A stretch of 64,000 nucleotides of DNA, from contig CAVXAT010000001.1 of assembly GCA_963759805.1 (NCBI GenBank), positions 192,001 to 256,000 of the forward strand, written 5' to 3'. The DNA comes from an uncultured bacterium. GTDB lineage: Bacteria; Babelota; Babeliae; Babelales; RVW-14. The position numbers and the translations under genes were made by a program. Positions 57,577-64,000 of the stretch are shown piece by piece; position 1 is the stretch's first letter; each line of letters starts with the position of its first letter. The notes under the pieces are model-generated. The model was not told the origin of the DNA. It did no database searches and saw only the letters and a program-made list of their open reading frames with translations.

Positions 57577-60363
57577 TTAACTCAACTTAACCAAGTTAAC
57601 AATTTCCTGTTCAAGGGTTGGCAGCTTACCTTGTCCGCCGCCTTGAATAAACTCTTCGTTTCCGCCGCTGCGAATATTAAATTTATTTTTCAATAACTCA
57701 GATAACGCTTTCAAGCTTATTTTATTTTCAGATTTTTTTGATTGATACGCAATGACTGAAAAATTGTCTGAATTACTGGTTTTATTCAAGATAACGTATA
57801 ATCCGGGTTTGTGTTTTTCAAAATCAGTACAGATTGATTTCATCTCTTGGTTAGGCAAGTCTTCAATTTCAAGATAAACAAATGGAACTTTGCCGATAAC
57901 TGTAATTTTATTTTGCCATTCAATAATCTGAGATTTCATTAACTGCTTGCGAAGCTGTTTGATCTGGCTTTGAGATTCAAGATAACGTTCTTGCAGTTTA
58001 TTGACAGCATCATAAACCTCTTCGAATTTTGTTTTAAAATCTTCGCTGAGTTTTTTAACAGTTGTGAAGGACTGCTGAAAAAGTTTGACAGCCTCATGTC
58101 CTGTTACACCGGTAATTCTTCGCACACCGGTTGAAAGGGCGGTTTCGCTTACAATCTTAAAACAACCTATGATTCCGGTGCTTGGGGCATGTACGCCTCC
58201 ACAGAGTTCCGTGGAAAATCCGGGAACCTGGACGACACGAACTTTTTCAGGGTTGTATTTTTCACCGAAGAAAGCCATTGCTCCGGCAGTCTTTGCCTCT
58301 TCCAGTGTTGAGTAGAAAATCTTTGTCTGAATATCTTCTTGAATTTTTTGGTTTACAAGATCTTCAACGGCTTGGATCTGCTCGTGCGTTAATGCTTGCT
58401 GATGTGAAAAATCGAATCTGAATGATTCTGCGCAGACGGATGAACCCGCTTGCTTTATGCCGCTGCCTAAAATTTGGATCAGGGCAGCCTGAAGCAGGTG
58501 TGTGGCGGTGTGATTTTTTACTGTGTTGATTCTTGAGAAGTAATCGACAATGCAGTGTGCGCTGTCGCCGACTTTGATGTCGGAAATTATCTGTGACTCG
58601 CATCCTTCGACAGGCTCCCAGGCTTCGCCCTTAGTGGCTACGCCGGGCACGGCAGGACGATCCTTCGACAGGCTCAGGATGAGCGGCCTGCTTGCCTGGG
58701 CGCCGTAGCTATCCAAGCGAAGGCGGCTCGAACCATCACGCAGTGACGCGCCTGGTTCAGTAGTTAGTGAAACTTTTACGGCAATTGCAGGGTGATTTAC
58801 ATTTCCAAGTTTTTGCAAAGCGAGTACGGGCAGGGCGTGTTCTTTTATTGTCACCCAGCCATTATCTCCAATTTGACCTCCGGACTCAACATAAAATGGG
58901 GATTTATCAGTAATAATCCACGCTGTCTGATCACTGTTTTTCTGTACGAATATTATTTTTGCTTTTGCTTCAAGATCTGTGTACCCAACGAATTCAGTCG
59001 ATGTTCCAGCAGGGATAGCTCCCTCATTAAGCTTTTCATTTTCACCATCATGCTTTTTACCGGATTGCTCACGTTGTTTGTCCATCTCTTTTTCAAAAGC
59101 CTCCATATCCAACGTGAGGTTCTGTTCATGTGCCAAGACTTTTGTTAATTCCGGTGGGAACCCGTAGGTGTCATAAAGTTTAAAAATTTGTTGTCCTGAA
59201 AGAAATAGCTGTCCGTCTTTTTTATTATCTTCAACGTATTTTGTAAAAATATTTTGACCTTGTACTAAGTTGATTGCAAATTTTTCAACTTCGCTATCAA
59301 GTGTTGTAGCGATGAGTTTAGTACCGGCTCCCAACTCGGGATAGACGGGGGACATCTGTTTTATAAATCTTTTTGAGAGTTTAGATAAAAGCTGTTTGTC
59401 GTCAGAAAGTTTTTGTGCAAACATAGCAGCACGACGAATAATTTTGCGTAGAACATAACCGCGACCTTCATTTGATGGCGTGCAGCCGTCTGCAATTAAA
59501 AAGGATGAAGAGCGGACATGGTCGCATAAAACATTGAATGCTGCTTTAATTTTTTCAGGGCTTTGGTTGTAACTGAAATTTGTTATTTTTTCTATCTCAT
59601 CGATGATATCGGCAAAAAGGTCTGTTTCAAATACTGACTCTTTACCCTGAACGACGCAGCATAGACGCTCAAGTCCCATTCCGGTGTCCACACCTGTTTT
59701 GGTCAGCGGCTTTAATTCACCATTTGATTGACGGTCATACTGCATGAACACAAGGTTCCAGATCTCCATAAATCTGTCGCAATCACATCCCGGGGCACAA
59801 TCTTTACTGCCGCAACCGCGTTCTATCCCTTTGTCGATGTATATTTCGGTGCATGGTCCGCATGGACCGGTGTCTCCCATCTGCCAGAAATTATCCTTTT
59901 CGCCAAGTCGTCGGATGCGTGTTGCAGGAAGCCCGACAACTTTATTCCAAATTTCAAAAGCTTGGTCGTCTGTTGTAAAGACGGTGGCATAAAGCTTATC
60001 TTTGGGTAATCCTATCTCTTTTGTTAAGAGTTCCCAGGCAAAGCCGATTGCCTCCTTTTTGAAGTAGTCGCCGAATGAAAAATTTCCGAGCATCTCAAAA
60101 AATGTTAGGTGTCTGGCCGTAAATCCTACATTTTCTAAATCGTTGTGTTTTCCGCCTGCTCGTACACACTTTTGAGAAGATGTAGCTCGGGTATAAGATC
60201 TTTTTTCTTTACCCAAAAAAATATCTTTAAATTGGTTCATGCCTGCGTTGGCAAAAAGAAGTGTTGGATCCTGTGCCGGAATAAGTGATGAACTGGCTAC
60301 AACGGTGTGACCATTTTTTGCAAAAAAATCCAAGTACTTTTTGCGTAATTCGAATGATTTCAT
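57577..60363 (-). CDS. alaS: alanine-tRNA ligase with an in-frame repeat-derived insertion of about 52-55 aa
   Basis: DPTLLFANAGMNQFK, FFEMLGNFSFGDYFK, DTGMGLER, NHTATHLL, ELCGGVH. Confidence 0.96.
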   Translation of the reverse strand: MKSFELRKKYLDFFAKNGHTVVASSSLIPAQDPTLLFANAGMNQFKDIFLGKEKRSYTRATSSQKCVRAGGKHNDLENVGFTARHLTFFEMLGNFSFGDYFKKEAIGFAWELLTKEIGLPKDKLYATVFTTDDQAFEIWNKVVGLPATRIRRLGEKDNFWQMGDTGPCGPCTEIYIDKGIERGCGSKDCAPGCDCDRFMEIWNLVFMQYDRQSNGELKPLTKTGVDTGMGLERLCCVVQGKESVFETDLFADIIDEIEKITNFSYNQSPEKIKAAFNVLCDHVRSSSFLIADGCTPSNEGRGYVLRKIIRRAAMFAQKLSDDKQLLSKLSKRFIKQMSPVYPELGAGTKLIATTLDSEVEKFAINLVQGQNIFTKYVEDNKKDGQLFLSGQQIFKLYDTYGFPPELTKVLAHEQNLTLDMEAFEKEMDKQREQSGKKHDGENEKLNEGAIPAGTSTEFVGYTDLEAKAKIIFVQKNSDQTAWIITDKSPFYVESGGQIGDNGWVTIKEHALPVLALQKLGNVNHPAIAVKVSLTTEPGASLRDGSSRLRLDSYGAQASRPLILSLSKDRPAVPGVATKGEAWEPVEGCESQIISDIKVGDSAHCIVDYFSRINTVKNHTATHLLQAALIQILGSGIKQAGSSVCAESFRFDFSHQQALTHEQIQAVEDLVNQKIQEDIQTKIFYSTLEEAKTAGAMAFFGEKYNPEKVRVVQVPGFSTELCGGVHAPSTGIIGCFKIVSETALSTGVRRITGVTGHEAVKLFQQSFTTVKKLSEDFKTKFEEVYDAVNKLQERYLESQSQIKQLRKQLMKSQIIEWQNKITVIGKVPFVYLEIEDLPNQEMKSICTDFEKHKPGLYVILNKTSNSDNFSVIAYQSKKSENKISLKALSELLKNKFNIRSGGNEEFIQGGGQGKLPTLEQEIVNLVKLS
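58596..58760. repeat. composite palindromic element inside alaS
   Basis: Near-identical to 63743-63908; contains ATCCTTCGACAGGCTC twice, 58 bp apart. Confidence 0.9.
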
Positions 60364-60452
60364 TAGACTTCCTATCAAAAAAGTTGGATTAAAAGACGAC
60401 GTCTTAAAACACTAAAATTTCAGTTCAGTTTAACATTTTGTATAAATTACGC

Positions 60453-60482
60453 AAAAAAAAGCCCGCTTTTTTAGCGAGCTTT
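60453..60482 (-). terminator. rho-independent terminator
   Basis: GCTCGC/GCGGGC stem followed by a T-run on the minus strand. Confidence 0.7.
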
Positions 60483-60517
60483 AGGGTAGTATAAAACCGT
60501 AATATAAAATTATGGCT

Positions 60518-60712
60518 TCATACCTTTGGGCCTCTTCTTGTTTCTCTTACATTATTCCAGATTCTATCCGGAAAATGTTTTTTAAGATTTGAACTCATTT
60601 TGCTTCTTCCCTTGTTGTCGAAGTCTCGTAATTTTTGTTTTTTACTTCGGGGTTCGAATTTGGTCTCTTCATGCGGATGAAGTTCCGCAAAGCTCTTAAA
60701 TTTTTTAGTCAT
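60518..60712 (-). CDS. small basic hypothetical protein
   Basis: GGGGAG RBS and downstream terminator. Confidence 0.6.
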   Translation of the reverse strand: MTKKFKSFAELHPHEETKFEPRSKKQKLRDFDNKGRSKMSSNLKKHFPDRIWNNVRETRRGPKV

Positions 60713-60905
60713 AAAAATCTCCCCTTTCTATCTGATTTAGCATTAGAATGCGAATGTTTTAATATATCTTACTAATCTAAAAATACCAAAATATCTTACA
60801 AATAGTCAATAATTTCAAGCATGAGAGTATACTTTTGGGCCAATTTGCTCTGCAGTCCTAGGGTATGGGCCTTGCAAATTATCGCAAAAATATGCAATTC
60901 TATCC

Positions 60906-60934
60906 TTGCAAGAGTTGGATTTTGTTTGTATAAT
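60906..60934 (+). promoter_or_regulatory. sigma70 promoter for tRNA-Ile/tRNA-Ala
   Basis: TTGCAA-17 nt-TATAAT. Confidence 0.65.
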
Positions 60935-60975
60935 TCTGTGTAATCTATGAAATTTAAGTGATTTTTATGGTTTTT

Positions 60976-61049
60976 GGGCCTGTAGCTCAGGTGGCTAGAG
61001 CATCCCGCTGATAACGGGAAGGTCAGTCGTTCAAGTCGACTCAGGCCCA
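60976..61049 (+). tRNA. tRNA-Ile (GAT)
   Basis: GGGCCTG/CAGGCCC acceptor, TCCCG-CTGATAA-CGGGA; CCA not encoded. Confidence 0.95.
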
Positions 61050-61071
61050 CTCTTCTAAAATTGAAATTCTT

Positions 61072-61144
61072 GGGGGTATAGCTCAGTTGGTAGAGCATCC
61101 GCTTTGCAAGCGGAGGGTCTGCGGTTCGAATCCGCATACCTCCA
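61072..61144 (+). tRNA. tRNA-Ala (TGC)
   Basis: G3:U70 pair, TCCGC-TTTGCAA-GCGGA. Confidence 0.95.
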
Positions 61145-61148
61145 CTCC

Positions 61149-61220
61149 TCTTCGCCCTTGAAGGGCTACGATGAGCACGGCCAGTCTTCGCTGCTTCGCA
61201 GCTTCCGCCGTCGCATAAAG
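61149..61220. repeat. family B repeat 3' of tRNA-Ala, left part (interrupted by IS110)
   Basis: CTTCGCCCTTGAAGGGCTACG...CCGCCGTCGCATAAAG. Confidence 0.75.
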
Positions 61221-61290
61221 CTTGTATGTTAGAAATCTATTAAATAAATAAGAATTTTATTAACTTTATTCCAGAGTTATTTTTTTTAAT

Positions 61291-61441
61291 ATCGATTGTT
61301 CAAGGAAGTTGATAGATCTCGTGCTCGAGCTGATCATAAGGGATCGTGCCATAGTTTGAGACTATCAACTTACATTAAACAACCTCGAACAATCACTTGA
61401 GACGTATTGGGTACGATCTCGCATGTTTACAAGCCAGAGGT
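61291..61441 (+). ncRNA. predicted IS110 bridge RNA (target-binding and donor-binding loops)
   Basis: Two stem/internal-loop/hairpin units whose loops match the target and the circle junction (see findings); 5' end uncertain. Confidence 0.8.
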
Positions 61442-61448
61442 AATCGTT

Positions 61449-62384
61449 ATGGTATCAAATATATATGTAGGCGTCGATATTTCTAAAAACAGCTTAGATA
61501 TTTGCATTTATCCTGAAAAAACACTCTTAAAAATAGACAACACAGAAGCTGCGATACAGGGTTTCATTAAAAAAATAGCCCAGCAAGATATTGCACAAAT
61601 AGCATGTGAAGCAACAGGAGGATATGAAAAGCTGCTTGCAACGCTGCTAAAAAAGAATGGCTACAACCTTTGGATTATTGATCCGAGGCGAATAAGGGGT
61701 TTTATTGTTTCAACTGGATGCAAAAGCAAAAACGATAAAATTGATGCACGAAAAATTGCTGAATTTTGTTCTAAAAATACGCGTGGCTATTCGACGGTTG
61801 AAAAAACTGAGAATCAAGCCAAATTGCAAGCTCTCGTTAATCGTAAAAACGATCTTACCAAGTTTTTGGCTGCGGAAAAAACAAGATTAAAGCAACCTTC
61901 ACATGCAATGAGTTTACCGAGCATTAAACGTTTGATTAAAATTTTTACCGCAGAAATCAAGACGGTAGATACGCAAATATCTGGCTTACTCAAAAACGAT
62001 AGCGAACTTGGTCAAAAAGCTGAGATTTTAGAATCTATACCTGGAATTGGAATTGCCTCTGCAGCTCTTCTTTTATCACATGTTCCAGAGCTTGGAACAA
62101 TAAGTAACAATAAAATATCGGCTCTTGTTGGTGTGTGTCCATATGACAATGAAAGCGGTAAATTCAAGGGTAAGAGAAGAATTCGGGGAGGACGGATGAC
62201 CCCGAGAAATCAGATTTACATGTGCGCATTAACAACCATTAAACATAACCTAATTCTTAAAGCCTTTTATGATCGCTTGATAAAAAATCAAAAACCGTTC
62301 AAAGTGGCCATAGTTGCCGTTATGCGCAAACTAATTATTCTTGCCAATTCGCTGTTAAAAAGAGGCGAGTTATGTAAAGTTTAA
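61449..62384 (+). CDS. IS110-family DEDD recombinase/transposase
   Basis: VGVDISK, CEATGGY, KNDKIDA, SIPGIG, catalytic-serine motif ESG, KVAIVAVMRKL. Confidence 0.95.
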   Translation: MVSNIYVGVDISKNSLDICIYPEKTLLKIDNTEAAIQGFIKKIAQQDIAQIACEATGGYEKLLATLLKKNGYNLWIIDPRRIRGFIVSTGCKSKNDKIDARKIAEFCSKNTRGYSTVEKTENQAKLQALVNRKNDLTKFLAAEKTRLKQPSHAMSLPSIKRLIKIFTAEIKTVDTQISGLLKNDSELGQKAEILESIPGIGIASAALLLSHVPELGTISNNKISALVGVCPYDNESGKFKGKRRIRGGRMTPRNQIYMCALTTIKHNLILKAFYDRLIKNQKPFKVAIVAVMRKLIILANSLLKRGELCKV

Positions 62385-62430
62385 TTTTCGAAAATTTTTA
62401 AAAAAAGTTTTGACTTTTAACACAATCACT

Positions 62431-62512
62431 ATGGCGGACAAGTCGCCGGCACAGCAGGATGAGCGCTCATGGTGAGCCTGTCGAACCATGGCGAACAAGT
62501 CGTCTGGCAAGC
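62431..62512. repeat. right part of the interrupted repeat
   Basis: ATGGCGGACAAG...CGCTCATGGTGAGCCTGTCGAACCATGG. Confidence 0.75.
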
Positions 62513-62685
62513 CAAATAAGTTATAAAAAATCACATTTAATTAAACTATTCTATTCTTCGCTTGTTCTATGATAAATTACATATTATTGGGTGTAATTTA
62601 CAGTGGAATTTTGGCTCTAAAATAATTTTTGATCCTGTCGTTTTTGATGTTAAAAAATCTATTTCTAAAAAAAGGGGAGATTTTT

Positions 62686-63273
62686 GTGGATTACCGATCA
62701 ATTTTTAACACATGGTGTTTTGTATTTTTGGCTTCAATGTTTACTCCAAATGTTATTCATTCTATGAATGGCTCATCTGTAGTGGCATCCGGTGTTAAAG
62801 AGGTGGTCCATTTTGCGGGTGAGTTTGAGCAGGTTGTGGATAGTTGTATTGGTTTGGATGAGTGTGAAGCGAATGTTGAGGTAGGCTTTCCTGTTAGCAA
62901 CCCTCAGCTGATTGAAATTGGCGTTAAATCTTTAATTCAGTTATCAAAAAATACATCCCAGGAAGCGAAAAGGATGTGTTTAGCCATTGCCGCAACGGTG
63001 ACAAAAGGGATTGAAAAAAATTACGAATCAAATATTCTATACGAACCAAATGTTGTAGATGTAAGGGATATTATCCAAAAAAATCGTGATAGAATTCTTC
63101 AACAAGATCTTGAGAAAATGGATCCAGAATTACGGCAGATATTTAATTCTTGTTTAGATAGACATGATTTAAAAATACAGCGCTTTGCTATTCGTAATGA
63201 TTGTAATACGTGCGTTGTGGTAGTACTTATTTCGTTTATATTCTTATTTATGGTACAACAGATTTATTTGTAA
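62686..63273 (+). CDS. hypothetical secreted protein with C-terminal TM helix
   Basis: GGGGAG RBS before GTG 62686; leader ending IHSM; hydrophobic C-terminus. Confidence 0.65.
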   Translation: MDYRSIFNTWCFVFLASMFTPNVIHSMNGSSVVASGVKEVVHFAGEFEQVVDSCIGLDECEANVEVGFPVSNPQLIEIGVKSLIQLSKNTSQEAKRMCLAIAATVTKGIEKNYESNILYEPNVVDVRDIIQKNRDRILQQDLEKMDPELRQIFNSCLDRHDLKIQRFAIRNDCNTCVVVVLISFIFLFMVQQIYL

Positions 63274-63308
63274 TATGTTACTGAAATTGATATTCTAAAA
63301 AAATTAGT

Positions 63309-63381
63309 GGGGATGTAGCTCAGTTGGTAGAGCATCTGCCTCGCACGTAGAAGGTCAGCGGTTCGAATCCGCTCATCTCCA
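63309..63381 (+). tRNA. tRNA-Ala (CGC)
   Basis: G3:U70 pair, TCTGC-CTCGCAC-GTAGA. Confidence 0.95.
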
Positions 63382-63382
63382 C

Positions 63383-63473
63383 CCTTCGCTTTCGCCCTAA
63401 AGGGCTCCTAGCTTCCAGCCTTCGTTAAAACTACGGCGGGCACGGCAAGACGGGTCGCAAGCCAGTCTTCGCT
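63383..63473. repeat. family B repeat 3' of tRNA-Ala(CGC)
   Basis: Matches the elements after tRNA-Lys and tRNA-Ala(TGC). Confidence 0.8.
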
Positions 63474-63487
63474 CAATTCGTGCCACT

Positions 63488-64000
63488 CTAATTTTTTGGG
63501 GCTACTTTTTTCTGCAACTCTTCCCATTCTTCGTACAGTTTTTCGATTTGGGATTTCACTTCATTGATTCGTTGGGATGTTCTGTCAAAATCCGGTGTTC
63601 CAAAATCCAGAAATTCAAAGCTTTGATTAAGGGTTACGAGTTGTTTTTCAAGCGTCTCAATTTTGCGTTCAAGACTAGCTATCTGTTTTTTAGATTCGTA
63701 CCATTCTTTGCTGCTAATTGTTGGATTAGTATCTCTTCTGAAACTCGCATCCTTCGACAGGCTCCCAGGCTTCGCCCTTCGTGGCTACGCCGGGCACCGC
63801 AGGACGATCCTTCGACAGGCTCAGGATGAGCGGCTTGTTTGCCTGGGCGCCGAAGCCTTGGCGAAGGCGGCTCGAACCATCACCCCTTGGTGACGCGCCG
63901 GGTTTCAGAAGCAGTTCGGTGTGTTTTTTGTGATACAGGAAAGATTCGTAATTTCCCGGGTAGTTAATGACTCCTTGTGGCATTAGTTCTAAAACTCTGC
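63488..64000 (-). CDS. 3' end of an ABC-F ATPase, frameshifted at a repeat insertion
   Basis: RVLEL...YPGNYESFL frame stops at 63726; coiled-coil tail (LERKIETLEKQ...LYEEWEEL) lies in another frame ending at 63488. Confidence 0.75.
63743..63908. repeat. composite palindromic element inside the ABC-F gene
   Basis: Near-identical to the alaS insert; enclosed by CTTCTGAAAC/GTTTCAGAAG inverted repeat. Confidence 0.9.

Larger units (their letters stand above)
61221..62430 (+). mobile_element. IS110-family insertion sequence with duplicated CT core
   Basis: CT at 61221-22 and 62429-30; rejoined flanks form hairpin CCGCCGTCGC-ATAAA-GCTATGGCGG; no terminal inverted repeats. Confidence 0.88.

Noticed and set aside
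60796..61137. 113-aa minus-strand ORF, and similarly 16763-16978
   Set aside because: Antisense to tRNA genes; translation artefacts

Overview
AT-rich bacterial chromosomal window. The secreted eukaryote-like F-box, RING and WD40 proteins, archaeal-type ValRS and giant Ser/Asn-repeat protein suggest an intracellular protist parasite such as Ca. Babeliae/Dependentiae (TM6); this is inference. A housekeeping backbone (DEAD-box helicase, rlmB-like, ybeY, valS, mgtE, RluA-family synthase, truB, biotin carboxylase/BCCP, sufS/sufU, pepA, rpiB, sbcC-like, rodA, alaS, six tRNAs) is interleaved with accessory genes: three toxin-antitoxin pairs (one dead), three AAA ATPases and ligD. Main observations: (1) an intact IS110 element (61221-62430) with a duplicated CT core, inserted into a palindromic repeat; its upstream non-coding region can be read as a two-loop bridge RNA with guides matching both the target and the circle junction. 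(2) A modular, nested family of palindromic repeats lying at tRNA 3' ends and inside ligD, sufS, alaS (in frame) and an ABC-F gene (frameshifted). (3) A tandem trio of secreted proteins with a constant N-terminus and swapped RING or J-like tails. (4) A class II ribonucleotide reductase with a signal-peptide-like leader and an altered active-site motif, bracketed by a 29-bp direct repeat. (5) An 18-kb cluster of beta-solenoid/beta-propeller proteins ending in a 3884-aa giant with a homogenised but hypervariable propeller and a hendecad stalk. (6) A roughly 390-nt unassigned structured RNA candidate.
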